Source: Syntrophales bacterium (lineage in GTDB: Bacteria > Desulfobacterota > Syntrophia > Syntrophales > UBA2210). Taken from it: DNA of 64,000 nt. The first letter of the stretch is position 1. Each line of letters starts with the position of its first letter. Under the pieces are notes generated by a model. That model worked only from the letters and a program-made list of their open reading frames with translations. It was not told the DNA's origin and did no database searches. Position numbers and translations under genes: made by a program. Location: positions 2,016,001 through 2,080,000 of the forward strand of contig CAXXNF010000002.1 in NCBI GenBank assembly GCA_963666365.2, written 5' to 3'. Of the stretch, positions 8,163 through 18,046 are shown piece by piece.

Positions 8163-10169
8163 ATGGATGTGAAAAACGAAACACTGTGCAGTTTATTTCA
8201 CCGGCAGGCGCTTCGCTACGGTGATACATATGTTTTTCTTAAGGCAAAATTCGACGACGAGGGGAAACCCGCTTCCTCATACCACTCTCTCACATGGAAA
8301 GACGTCCGCGATCAGGTGTTGGAGTTTGCCGGCGGACTCTTGTCTTTCGGAGCAAAAAGGGGGGATAGGGTTGCCCTCTTTTCGGAAAGCCGCCCACGAT
8401 GGATCATCGCCGACCAGGCCATACAGGCGGCTGGGTGTATAGGCGTGCCCCTCTATCCCACGCTGACCAGGGAGGAACTGACGTACATGCTCCGCGACAG
8501 CGGCGCCGGCATCATTATCGTCTCAACCGCCGACAAAGCATCCATGGCCCTTGGCGTAAGAACCTCGGAAAAGCTGGATTTAATAATTATTGTCATGGAA
8601 CCCTGGGAAGCGGAAAAACCGGAAGACCTCTATACTTTCTCTGAAGTAAGGGAGATGGGACAATTGGGAATAGTCACCGACGAAGTGGAGCAGCGGATAG
8701 AAGCGGTCAGACCGGAGGATAGCGCCTCCATCATCTATACCTCGGGAACAACCGGGTATCCAAAGGGAGTGGTGCTGACGCAGTCGAACTGGGTGGCCGC
8801 CATGCACCAGGCATCTCATTCCACATTGATTCGCAGGCAGAAAACAAGGGAACTCCATCTCACCTATCTTGTCCATCTTCCGCTCTGTCACGCCTACGGA
8901 CGAACCACGGACTATCATGTGGGGGGGCTTCACCTGGGAGGGATTCTGGTCTTTGCCGAAAGTTACGAAAAACTGGTCAAAAATATCGCCGAGGTCCACC
9001 CCAATGTGATCATCAGCATCCCCAGGTTTTTCGAAAAAACCTATGATATTGTAAAATCGACCCTGGCAAGGCAGCAGCCTTTCACCCGCAGACTTTTCAA
9101 ATGGGCAATGGAGACGGGCACAGATTTTACCAATGCCATGGCCGGAGGCCCGAAGATGTCGCTTTCGACTTCACTCAAGTTCGGGCTGGCTCACCTGCTG
9201 GTGTTCAACAGGATCAGGGAAAACGCGGGATTTGATCGCCTCGTTATCGGCATATCGGGGGGTGGAAGACTTTCCGGCGATGTGTGCAGTTTTATCAGAG
9301 CGCTGGGCATTCAGCTCAATGAAGGATACGGACTTACGGAAACCTGTGCGCTCCTCAATTTCAACGAACCCGAACTTTACGATATTAAAGAAAAGAAGCT
9401 CACTGCATGGGAACACAGGATGATCGATTGGATCGTCGATCTTCTGGTGGCCAGGCAGGCGCAGGGGAATAGTCCCTACGCCAACCCCTTCAGCGCGCTG
9501 AAAATGCTTATTGCCTATTACAGTATCGGCTACCGGCTGAGGGTAAAGCCGGGAACGGTGGGAAGACCGGTTGCTCTTACGGAGGAAATAATCGCCCCCG
9601 ACGGTGAGATCCTGGTCAAGGGACCCCAGGTATTTCAGGGGTACTGGAACCTGCCGAAGGAAACCGAGGCGGCCTTCAACGAAGAAGGCTGGTTCATGAC
9701 AGGCGATATCGGCGCATTCGACTCAGAGGGGTTTCTGACCATAAAGGACAGAAAAAAAGAACTCCTTGTCACCTCCGGAGGAAAAAATATCGCCCCGCAA
9801 CCTATCGAGCACGCTCTTGCAACCCGCCCCTACATCGATCAGGCCGTCTGTACCGGCGATGGCAGAAAATATCTGACGGCGCTTATTGTGCCGGATTTTA
9901 AAAAACTTCGGGCCTATGCAAAATCCAGGAGTCTTAAAGCGGATTCGGAACAGCAGCTTCTTCAAATCGATGAAATTAAAACACTGATCAGAGGCGATGT
10001 GGCCGAGGTGAACCGCCGCCTCCCCCGCTACGAACAGATCAAATACTGCACCATCCTGACAAAGCCCTTCCTCATCGAAACGGGAGAACTGACACCGAGC
10101 ATGAAGATCAAACGCCGGATCATCGAAGAGAAGTACAGGGAAGAAATCGAGGCCATGTACGAAGAGTGA
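8163..10169 (+). CDS. Long-chain-fatty-acid--CoA ligase (FadD15/ACSL-like)
   Basis: YTSGTTGYPKG, GYGLTET, TGDIG, DRKKELLVTSGGKNIAPQ, ELTPSMKIKR. Confidence 0.9.
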   Translation: MDVKNETLCSLFHRQALRYGDTYVFLKAKFDDEGKPASSYHSLTWKDVRDQVLEFAGGLLSFGAKRGDRVALFSESRPRWIIADQAIQAAGCIGVPLYPTLTREELTYMLRDSGAGIIIVSTADKASMALGVRTSEKLDLIIIVMEPWEAEKPEDLYTFSEVREMGQLGIVTDEVEQRIEAVRPEDSASIIYTSGTTGYPKGVVLTQSNWVAAMHQASHSTLIRRQKTRELHLTYLVHLPLCHAYGRTTDYHVGGLHLGGILVFAESYEKLVKNIAEVHPNVIISIPRFFEKTYDIVKSTLARQQPFTRRLFKWAMETGTDFTNAMAGGPKMSLSTSLKFGLAHLLVFNRIRENAGFDRLVIGISGGGRLSGDVCSFIRALGIQLNEGYGLTETCALLNFNEPELYDIKEKKLTAWEHRMIDWIVDLLVARQAQGNSPYANPFSALKMLIAYYSIGYRLRVKPGTVGRPVALTEEIIAPDGEILVKGPQVFQGYWNLPKETEAAFNEEGWFMTGDIGAFDSEGFLTIKDRKKELLVTSGGKNIAPQPIEHALATRPYIDQAVCTGDGRKYLTALIVPDFKKLRAYAKSRSLKADSEQQLLQIDEIKTLIRGDVAEVNRRLPRYEQIKYCTILTKPFLIETGELTPSMKIKRRIIEEKYREEIEAMYEE

Positions 10170-10230
10170 AAAAAGGGTCCAGTATGCGCACAACGCGGTC
10201 GTACGACTGCACATAGCACACAAGAATGAT

Positions 10231-10267
10231 AAAAAAAGGTCCTTTCACTCTCGGAAAGGACCTTTTT
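10231..10267. terminator. Bidirectional terminator between convergent genes
   Basis: AAAAAAAGGTCCTTTC-loop-GAAAGGACCTTTTT. Confidence 0.85.
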
Positions 10268-10285
10268 AATTAACCTGTTTATCGG

Positions 10286-11953
10286 TTACTCCGGATCCTT
10301 GAACACGGCCCCCGTGCTGGCAGAAGTGACCATCTTGGCATAGCGTCCCAGGTATCCCGTTTTGATGAGCGGTTCCTTGGGCGTAAATGCTTTTTTGCGA
10401 CGGGCCAGTTCCTCCGCATCGACCTTCAGATCGATCGTCTTCCCCGGAATGTCGATGGCGATGATATCGCCTTCTTCGATGAGGCCGATGGGTCCGCCTT
10501 CGGCCGCTTCCGGTGATATGTGGCCGATGGCGGCGCCGCGGGTCCCGCCGCTGAATCGCCCGTCAGTCAAAAGGGCCACCGACGTGTCCAGTCCCATGCC
10601 GACAATGGCCGACGTGGGCGACAGCATCTCGCGCATGCCCGGTCCTCCCTTGGGACCCTCGTAGCGGATCACCACCACATCGCCCGGCTTTATCGTTCCT
10701 CCAAGAATCGCCTCAATGGCGTCATCCTCGGAATCGAAGACCCGGGCGCGCCCCTCGTTTTTCATCATGTCGGGCGACACGGCGGACTGCTTCACCACCC
10801 CTCCGTCAGGGGCGAGGTTTCCGCGCAGTATGGCGATTCCCCCTTCCGTTCCGTAGGGATCGTCAGCGGATCTGATGACGGTGCGGTTTTTGACGCGGGC
10901 CTTTTTCAGATTTTCTCCCACCGTTTTCCCCGAGACCGTAAGCGCATCGAGGTTAACGACGCCCTTCGCGCTTATTTCCTTCATTACCGCCTGAATGCCC
11001 CCGGCGCCGTCAAGGTCTTCCAGGTGGTGGGGCCCGGCAGGACTGAGGTAACAGATGTTGGGCGTTTTTCTGCTGATATCGTTGAAAAGGTCGAGATCGA
11101 GGTCGATGCCCGCCTCGTGGGCGACGGCCGGAATATGAAGCACCGTATTGGTGGAACAGCCCAGGGCCATATCGACGGCGATGGCGTTTTTGAAGGCGTC
11201 GAGCGTGGCGATGTCACGCGGCTTGATATCCTTTTTTACGAGATTCATGACGGCCATCCCCGCCTCTTTTGCAAGCCGTCTGCGGGCGGCGGTAACGGCG
11301 GGAATGGTCCCGTTCCCCGGGAGTCCCAGTCCGAGGGCCTCGGTGACGCAGTTCATGGAGTTCGCCGTAAACATGCCGGAACAGGAACCGCACCCCGGAC
11401 AGGCGCAATCCTCCAGTTCGCCAAGCCCCTTCCGGGTCAACGTCCCCGCCTTGACCCTTCCTACGCCCTCGAACACATTGATCAGGTCGACGGGATCACC
11501 GTCATGGACTCCCGCCATCATGGGCCCTCCGCTTATCACCACGGCGGGAATATTGAGACGCAGCGCCGCCATAAGCATGCCCGGCACTATCTTGTCGCAG
11601 TTCGTCACAAGCACAAGACCGTCGAAGGGATGGGCCGTGGCCATGATTTCGATGGAATCGGCGATCAGCTCCCTGCTGGCCAGGGAATATTTCATGCCGG
11701 CGTGGCCCATGGCGATGCCGTCACAGACGCCGATCGTGGGAAATGTCACCGGCGTTCCGCCTGCCATTCTGATTCCCGCCTTCACATCCTCCGTAATAGT
11801 GTTGAGATGTACATGGCCGGGAATAATTTCGTTGGCCGAATTTACTACCCCGATTATCGGCCGGGACAGCTCTTCGTCGGTATAGCCCATGGCCTTGAAG
11901 AGCGATCGGTGCGGCGCTCGCTCAAGACCCTTTTTCATAAGATCACTTCTCAT
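10286..11953 (-). CDS. ilvD: Dihydroxy-acid dehydratase
   Basis: [48 protein letters not shown]; start MRSDL at 11953. Confidence 0.96.
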   Translation of the reverse strand: MRSDLMKKGLERAPHRSLFKAMGYTDEELSRPIIGVVNSANEIIPGHVHLNTITEDVKAGIRMAGGTPVTFPTIGVCDGIAMGHAGMKYSLASRELIADSIEIMATAHPFDGLVLVTNCDKIVPGMLMAALRLNIPAVVISGGPMMAGVHDGDPVDLINVFEGVGRVKAGTLTRKGLGELEDCACPGCGSCSGMFTANSMNCVTEALGLGLPGNGTIPAVTAARRRLAKEAGMAVMNLVKKDIKPRDIATLDAFKNAIAVDMALGCSTNTVLHIPAVAHEAGIDLDLDLFNDISRKTPNICYLSPAGPHHLEDLDGAGGIQAVMKEISAKGVVNLDALTVSGKTVGENLKKARVKNRTVIRSADDPYGTEGGIAILRGNLAPDGGVVKQSAVSPDMMKNEGRARVFDSEDDAIEAILGGTIKPGDVVVIRYEGPKGGPGMREMLSPTSAIVGMGLDTSVALLTDGRFSGGTRGAAIGHISPEAAEGGPIGLIEEGDIIAIDIPGKTIDLKVDAEELARRKKAFTPKEPLIKTGYLGRYAKMVTSASTGAVFKDPE

Positions 11954-12081
11954 TTCATCGTCCTTTTTTGTGTCGTTGAGGGGTAAAGCGATGAATATGG
12001 TTTCATGGAGAGGGCAACGGAACCACTGCAGGGAATACTCGGTCTTTCCACCCTCTCCACACTCGGATCTGGCAATGCCGC

Positions 12082-13140
12082 TTACTTCTTGCCCCGCCGC
12101 TCCGGACGAAGCTCTCGTAGGACGGTTCCGGCCTGCCACATCTCCATAGTGCGCATCGCGCTCAGCTCTTCCTCAAGCCGTTCGCGGTAATCGGGGGCGC
12201 TGTTTACCCGCAGGACAATTTCCGTCTCTTTTCCCGATTTCACACTTTCATAGAGTTCATCGAATACCGGATCAACGGCCTCGCGGAACCGGCTTTTCCA
12301 GTCGAGGGCGCCGCGCTGCGCCGTGGTGGAACAGTTTGCGTACATCCAGTCCATACCGTTTTCTCCCACAAGACGGATCAGGCTCTGGGTCAATTCTTCC
12401 ACCGTCTCATTGAAAGCCTCGCTGGGGCTGTGGCCGTGTTTCCTGAGACAGTTATACTGGGCTTCCATTACGCCGGCCAGGCATCCCATAAGGACGCCGC
12501 GCTCGCCGGTCAGGTCGCTGAACACTTCGTTCTCGAAGGTGGTGGGGAAAAGGTATCCCGAACCGACGGCAATGCCGATCGCCTTCGTCCTGTCCATGGC
12601 ACGGCCGGTGGCATCCTGAAACACGGCGATGCTGGAGTTGATGCCGCTTCCATCAAGGAAATTTCTTCGAACCGTCAAACCCGATCCCTTGGGCGCCACC
12701 ATGATGACATCGATGTCGGCGGGAGGGACAATCCCCGTCTGTTCCTTGTAGACAATAGAAAACCCGTGTGAAAAATAGAGGGCCTTCCCTGCGGTCATTA
12801 AATCCTTGATTTTCGGCCATACCGCCGCCTGGCCCGCATCGGAAAGCAGCAGCATGACAATGGTGCCTCGCTTCGCCGCCTCTTCCAGGGAGAAGAGACT
12901 CTCGCCGGGCACAAACCCGTCATTGATCGCCTTGTTCCAGTAGAACTCTTCGCTCTCCCGCTGTCCCACAATGACCTTGAATCCGTTGTCCTGCATGTTG
13001 AGCGCCTGTCCCGGTCCCTGCACACCGTAGCCGAGCACGGCAATGACCTCGTCTTTCAGCACTTCACGAGCCATTTCCAGAGTAAATTCGTCCGCCGTGA
13101 TCACCTCTTCGACCACATCTCCGATTTTTATTTCCGCCAT
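12082..13140 (-). CDS. ilvC: Ketol-acid reductoisomerase (Ilv5/Bacteroidota-like type)
   Basis: [50 protein letters not shown]. Confidence 0.95.
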   Translation of the reverse strand: MAEIKIGDVVEEVITADEFTLEMAREVLKDEVIAVLGYGVQGPGQALNMQDNGFKVIVGQRESEEFYWNKAINDGFVPGESLFSLEEAAKRGTIVMLLLSDAGQAAVWPKIKDLMTAGKALYFSHGFSIVYKEQTGIVPPADIDVIMVAPKGSGLTVRRNFLDGSGINSSIAVFQDATGRAMDRTKAIGIAVGSGYLFPTTFENEVFSDLTGERGVLMGCLAGVMEAQYNCLRKHGHSPSEAFNETVEELTQSLIRLVGENGMDWMYANCSTTAQRGALDWKSRFREAVDPVFDELYESVKSGKETEIVLRVNSAPDYRERLEEELSAMRTMEMWQAGTVLRELRPERRGKK

Positions 13141-13169
13141 CTTTCATCTCCTCACTTTTTATTATTTAT

Positions 13170-13643
13170 TTATAATACAACCATTCCCGATCTGCTCATG
13201 TCCTCAATGCCAAGTGTCTCGAAATATGCCAGGGCCCGATCGATATCCTTCTTGACCCCCGTCAACTCGAACAGAAAACAATCAGGACCCTCCGCCACGA
13301 CCCTGCTCCCGAATTCTTCAATGGCTTTGATGACCTCTCCCCGGTTGTCCCGTGTGACGCTCACACGAATCAGCACCATCTCCCGCTGTATCGACGATCT
13401 CGCCTTTACGTGGGTCACCTCGATGACATCCACCAGTTTCTGCATCTGTTTTTCTATCTTCACGACGGTGTTCGCGTCGCCCTTTGTCACCATGGTAATC
13501 TTGGTCACCTCGGGATTCATGGTCACGTTGGCGCTTATATTTTCTATATTGAATCCCCGGCCGCTCAGAAGTCCTGAAATCCGGGCAAGCACGTCGGGTT
13601 TGTTATTCACCAGAAGTGAAATCGTATGATCCTTTACTTCCAT
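13170..13643 (-). CDS. ilvN: Acetohydroxyacid synthase regulatory subunit (copy 1, Gly-to-Asp in the ACT Val site)
   Basis: ACT domain LVNNKPDVLARISGLLSGRGFNIE, KLVDVIEV, RSG. Confidence 0.92.
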   Translation of the reverse strand: MEVKDHTISLLVNNKPDVLARISGLLSGRGFNIENISANVTMNPEVTKITMVTKGDANTVVKIEKQMQKLVDVIEVTHVKARSSIQREMVLIRVSVTRDNRGEVIKAIEEFGSRVVAEGPDCFLFELTGVKKDIDRALAYFETLGIEDMSRSGMVVL

Positions 13644-13758
13644 AGGTTTGCAATCCTTTCATCAATCAGAAAATCACAGGGCCCGATAGAGACAGGCCGA
13701 CCTTCCGGTACAGGTTCTGCAAGCGACGGACATCGCATACTATCCGCACGCGGGCTTT

Positions 13759-15465
13759 CTAAAGCCCTGTATCCCGCACCAGTTTCATTTCCGTCAAGGC
13801 CGCCCCGGGACCTACCATGGGATAGACGCCCTCCTCGGCTTCGACTATAAATTCCATTACCACCGGTCCCGGCGTCTCCAGACCCTTTCGAAGCGTCGCT
13901 TCCACTTCATCCGGTTGTGTCGCCCTCAAGCCCACGATGCCGTATGCCTCGGCGACCTTCACAAAATCGGGCCTCTGACTGCTGCCGATATCAGTGTGGG
14001 AATAGCGTTTTTCATAAAAAAGTTCCTGCCACTGGCGCACCATTCCCAGATATCCGTTGTTCAGGATCACGATCTTGACGGGAAGGTTATAATTTGCCGC
14101 TGTGGCGAGTTCCTGAATGTTCATCTGAATGCTTCCGTCGCCGGCGATGTCCACCACCAATTTATCGGGAAAGGCCACCTGAGCGCCAATCGCCGCCGGA
14201 AAGCCATAGCCCATGGTCCCCAATCCTCCAGAGGTAAGAAAGGTATTTGGCTCATTGAACCGAAAGAACTGCGCCGTCCACATCTGGTTCTGTCCCACCT
14301 CGGTGGCGATAATGGCGTTCCCCTTTGTGAGTTCGTAGAGCGTTTCGATGACCTTCTGCGGTTTGATGGTAGTGCTCTTACAGTAGCTCATAGGACCCTC
14401 GAGCCGCCAGCGCTCGATTTGTGCGAGCCACTCCTTTCGTCCTTCCCGAAGCGCGGAAAGACCGTTCTTATCCAGTATGGTGTTCAGTTGCACAAGGGCC
14501 GACTTGCAGTCGCTTACGATGGGCACATGGACGAGCACATTTTTATTAATCGATGCGGCATCAATATCGATCTGCACGATGGTCGCATTCGACGCGAAGG
14601 AAGAGAGCCTCCCGGTGACGCGGTCGGAAAATCGCACGCCCAGGGTGAGCAGCAGATCGCAATTGCTTATGGCCATATTCGCATAGTAGGTGCCGTGCAT
14701 CCCAAGCATCCCAAGCCAGAGGGGATCGGTGCCGGGAAACGATCCCAGGCCCATAAGTGTTGAAGCGACAGGCATGTTGAGCTTTCGCACAAACTCGGCA
14801 AGCTCAGCACTCGACCGGCTGTGAATGATACCGCCCCCTACCAGCACCACCGGCTTTTTCGCCCCCTTGATCAATTCAAGTGTTTCTTTGAGCTGTTTCG
14901 GATCGGGAAGATAGACCGGTTCCGCCATAGTCGATCGGGAAAGCCCTCCTTCGCGATATTCGGCCTTCGCCTGAATGACATCCTTGGGAAGATCGACGAG
15001 GACCGGCCCGGGACGGCCGGAGCGGGCAATGTAAAAAGCCTCCCTTATGGTTTTTGCCAGCTCGTCCACGCGTCGCACCAGCATATTATGCTTGGTGCAG
15101 GGCCGAGTGATGCCGGTGATATCGGCCTCCTGAAAGGCATCGGTCCCGATAAAAGGAGTCGGCACCTGTCCCGTCAGAATAACCATGGGGATAGAGTCCA
15201 TATAGGCCGTAGCAATGCCGGTTACCGTATTTGTGGCGCCGGGACCTGAAGTTACGAGACAGACGCCTACCTTTCCCGACGATCTGGCATACCCGTCGGC
15301 GGCATGAGCGGCCCCCTGCTCATGGCGCACCAGTATATGGTGTATTGAGGACCTGTACAGTTCGTCGTATATATCGAGAACCGAACCACCGGGATAGCCG
15401 AAAATCGTGTCGACACCCTCTTCAAGCAATGACCGGATTAATATTTGTGCACCTGTGAATTCCAC
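13759..15465 (-). CDS. ilvB: Acetohydroxyacid synthase catalytic subunit (copy 1)
   Basis: FGYPGG, RHEQGA, SGPGATN, GDGSIQMN, LGMVRQWQ; GTG start with AGGAGG SD. Confidence 0.95.
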   Translation of the reverse strand: MEFTGAQILIRSLLEEGVDTIFGYPGGSVLDIYDELYRSSIHHILVRHEQGAAHAADGYARSSGKVGVCLVTSGPGATNTVTGIATAYMDSIPMVILTGQVPTPFIGTDAFQEADITGITRPCTKHNMLVRRVDELAKTIREAFYIARSGRPGPVLVDLPKDVIQAKAEYREGGLSRSTMAEPVYLPDPKQLKETLELIKGAKKPVVLVGGGIIHSRSSAELAEFVRKLNMPVASTLMGLGSFPGTDPLWLGMLGMHGTYYANMAISNCDLLLTLGVRFSDRVTGRLSSFASNATIVQIDIDAASINKNVLVHVPIVSDCKSALVQLNTILDKNGLSALREGRKEWLAQIERWRLEGPMSYCKSTTIKPQKVIETLYELTKGNAIIATEVGQNQMWTAQFFRFNEPNTFLTSGGLGTMGYGFPAAIGAQVAFPDKLVVDIAGDGSIQMNIQELATAANYNLPVKIVILNNGYLGMVRQWQELFYEKRYSHTDIGSSQRPDFVKVAEAYGIVGLRATQPDEVEATLRKGLETPGPVVMEFIVEAEEGVYPMVGPGAALTEMKLVRDTGL

Positions 15466-15484
15466 ACAACACCTCCTCATTATT

Positions 15485-15520
15485 AAAAAAAAACCGCTAC
15501 CGGGGAGCCGGTAACGGTTC
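15485..15520 (-). terminator. Attenuator terminator upstream of ilvB copy 1
   Basis: mRNA GAACCGUUACCGG-CUCC-CCGGUAGCGG-U9. Confidence 0.85.
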
Positions 15521-15543
15521 TTAGTTCTCCTATGGTAAAAAGA

Positions 15544-15624
15544 TCAGACCATTAGCCAGCCCCTCGTATGGGAGGAGATAATTATAATTACGCCGCTAAT
15601 TATAAAATTTCTCTCAGTAGTCAT
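15544..15624 (-). CDS. Ile-rich attenuation leader peptide MTTERNFIISGVIIIISSHTRGWLMV
   Basis: 26-aa uORF with 6 Ile and 2 Val codons just before a terminator; its 3' part GGGGCUGGCUAAUGGU can pair with the terminator 5' arm (antiterminator). Confidence 0.8.
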   Translation of the reverse strand: MTTERNFIISGVIIIISSHTRGWLMV

Positions 15625-15718
15625 GCCGACAAATCTGATCTTTCCGATTCGTATTGAAATAACTGCGCTTAGCTATCAGAAATGTCGTGTACTGTCAAGC
15701 GATTTTATCGGCTCCTTT

Positions 15719-16201
15719 TTATTTATTTTCCAGCGCAATGGCGCCTGTCCGGCAGATATCCTTTACGCCCAGCGGTTTCAAATAATTGAGCACCGTTTCC
15801 ACTTCTCCCTTGTACCCCACCGCCTGGATTATCAGATAGTCGTCCTTCATCGACACAATTGAACACCCGAACAGGGAAATCGCCTGCGTGATTTCGGCCC
15901 GATGGGCCTTGTCGAAGGGAAGGCCTATAAGCATCATCTCCCGTTTGACCGAGTGCGTATCTTCCAGTTCCGTCACCTCGATCACGTCAACCAGTCGATT
16001 CAGGGCCTTTCTGACCTTCTCCATGAACTGCGAATCTCCCTTGCTCACCGAGGTAATGCGCGACACTTTCGGTGAAATGGTTTCGGCCACACAGAGACTC
16101 TCAATGTTGTAACCAAGACGGCCGAACACACCGGAGACCCGCGCCAGAACGCCCGGTCTGTTGTTGACCAGCATTGATATCACATGTTCTCTAATTTCCA
16201 T
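15719..16201 (-). CDS. ilvN: Acetohydroxyacid synthase regulatory subunit (copy 2, canonical PGVL)
   Basis: LVNNRPGVLARVSGVFGRLGYNIESL, RLVDVIEV, RTG. Confidence 0.92.
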   Translation of the reverse strand: MEIREHVISMLVNNRPGVLARVSGVFGRLGYNIESLCVAETISPKVSRITSVSKGDSQFMEKVRKALNRLVDVIEVTELEDTHSVKREMMLIGLPFDKAHRAEITQAISLFGCSIVSMKDDYLIIQAVGYKGEVETVLNYLKPLGVKDICRTGAIALENK

Positions 16202-16250
16202 TGTTCCTTTCCACTCCTCTCAATTCTGAATCGCCTGTATACCATCTTAC

Positions 16251-17927
16251 TTAATCGGAACGCCCGTAAATCATCTGCACATTCGATCTTCCCGGGGGTA
16301 TGATCGGATAGACATAGTTGTCCGGGTCCACGAGCACCTCCAGCAGGAAGGGTCCGTCGGTACTGCACATCTCGTCTATGCCCGCTCCGGCATTGGCGAC
16401 ATCGACTTTCTCCGATGCAATGCCGAACCCCTTGGCAATTGCCGCTATATCAACCTTTCCACCAAGCTGGCTGTCACGAAAGCGCGAATTATAGAAAAGA
16501 TCCTGAATCTGGCGTATCATTCCCAGGTTGCCGTTGTTGAAGACCACGATCTTTACAGGCAGATTATAGCAGCTGATCGTTGCCAGCTCCTGAATGTTCA
16601 TAAAAAATCCGCCGTCACCGGTAAAGACGACTACGCCCCGGTCGGGAGCGCCGACCTTGGCACCCATGGCCGCGGGCACGCTGAATCCCATGGTGCCCAT
16701 CCCGCCGCTGGTGATCAGTCCCCTCTGAATGCCGACTTTCCATGAACGCACCGTCCAGATCTGATTCAGACCCACATCGGCGACGGCAATCGTTTCTTCC
16801 GGCATTGCGCTCTGCACCTGTTCGATGAAATCGCCTGCAGGACCACATCCACCAGCGCCGCCGTTCTGCTGCAGTTTGGTCCGCTCATTCTGTATCCTCG
16901 ACAGCCATTCGGCCCTGTCCTTTTCATCAATCAGTGTAATCATTTCTTCCAGCGCCAGCTTCAAATCACAGACTACGGACATATCCGTTTTGATGTTCTT
17001 CCCGATCGAAGTCGGATCGACGTCGATCTGGGCAATCTTTGCCAAAGGAGCGAATTCTTCGATAACGGAGGTGCTGCGATCACTGAAGCGCGCACCAATG
17101 GCAAGAATGAAATCTGATTGATGCACCATGCGGTTTGCCAGATCGTTGCCGTGCGTGCCGATAAATCCGAGATTGTAGCCGTTCGTCGTCGCCACCGACC
17201 CGATACCCATCATTGTGGTGACGAAGGGGAGCTTCCCTTTCATAATCACATCGGCCATCTCCGTAAAGGCGGATGCCAGCTTGACTCCACCGCCGATAAT
17301 AAGCACGGGCTTTTCCGCCTCGTTCAGGTACCGGGTGATCTGCTGCAACTGACGTTTGTCCGGACCGGTCAGGGGGGTGTGATCCGTGCTTGGCAGTTCT
17401 ATATCGCGCTGTTCCTTCTCTTGGGTCCGCGCGGCCATAATATCCCTGGGCATGTCGATAAGCACCGGACCGGGACGGCCTGTCGTCGCAATATGCAGGG
17501 CTTCCCGTACCGTGGCGGCGATGTCATTGACATTATGCAGCAGAAAACTGTGCTTCGTAATCGGCATGGTAATACCGATTATATCCGTTTCCTGAAAGGC
17601 ATCGCTTCCCAGAAGATTGGTGGTGACCTGCCCCGTAAGGGCGATCATGGGTGTGGAATCCATGTAGGCGGTGGCGATTCCCGTCACCAGATTGGTGGCG
17701 CCCGGCCCCGATGTGGCCATGCACACGCCTACCTTGCCGGTGGCTCGGGCATACCCGTCAGCGGCATGCGCCGCTGCCTGTTCGTGCCGCACAAGCAAAT
17801 GTTCTATGCAGCTTTCGTTCAGACAGTCATGAACGGGCAGAGTGTTCGCTCCGGGGTATCCGAAGATATGCTGGACCCCTGCTTCTTTTAATGTTTGCAG
17901 CAGTATTTCTGCTCCTGAACGTTCCAT
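16251..17927 (-). CDS. ilvB: Acetohydroxyacid synthase catalytic subunit (copy 2)
   Basis: FGYPGA, RHEQAA, SGPGATN, GDGGFFMN, LGMIRQIQ; SD GAGGGAG. Confidence 0.93.
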   Translation of the reverse strand: MERSGAEILLQTLKEAGVQHIFGYPGANTLPVHDCLNESCIEHLLVRHEQAAAHAADGYARATGKVGVCMATSGPGATNLVTGIATAYMDSTPMIALTGQVTTNLLGSDAFQETDIIGITMPITKHSFLLHNVNDIAATVREALHIATTGRPGPVLIDMPRDIMAARTQEKEQRDIELPSTDHTPLTGPDKRQLQQITRYLNEAEKPVLIIGGGVKLASAFTEMADVIMKGKLPFVTTMMGIGSVATTNGYNLGFIGTHGNDLANRMVHQSDFILAIGARFSDRSTSVIEEFAPLAKIAQIDVDPTSIGKNIKTDMSVVCDLKLALEEMITLIDEKDRAEWLSRIQNERTKLQQNGGAGGCGPAGDFIEQVQSAMPEETIAVADVGLNQIWTVRSWKVGIQRGLITSGGMGTMGFSVPAAMGAKVGAPDRGVVVFTGDGGFFMNIQELATISCYNLPVKIVVFNNGNLGMIRQIQDLFYNSRFRDSQLGGKVDIAAIAKGFGIASEKVDVANAGAGIDEMCSTDGPFLLEVLVDPDNYVYPIIPPGRSNVQMIYGRSD

Positions 17928-17956
17928 CGTCGTCTCCCTCAAAGTTCTCGTAAATT

Positions 17957-17990
17957 AAAAAAGCCGCTTTCTTCTGCAAAGCGGCTTTTT
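17957..17990 (-). terminator. Second (downstream) terminator of a tandem attenuator
   Basis: mRNA AAAAAGCCGCUUU-GCAGAAG-AAAGCGGC-U6. Confidence 0.8.
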
Positions 17991-17996
17991 CGAAAT

Positions 17997-18030
17997 AAAA
18001 AAGCCGCAGGCTTTACGGGGCCTGCGGCTC
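17997..18030 (-). terminator. First attenuator terminator upstream of ilvB copy 2
   Basis: mRNA GAGCCGCAGGC-CCCGUAAA-GCCUGCGGC-U6. Confidence 0.85.
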
Positions 18031-18046
18031 GTTTTCGTGATTTATG

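Noticed and set aside
10520..11986. 488-aa plus-strand ORF
   Set aside because: Antisense shadow of ilvD with no recognisable motifs
11954..12139. 62-aa N-terminal extension of IlvD in the ORF track
   Set aside because: Overlaps ilvC; homology starts at MRSD (11953)
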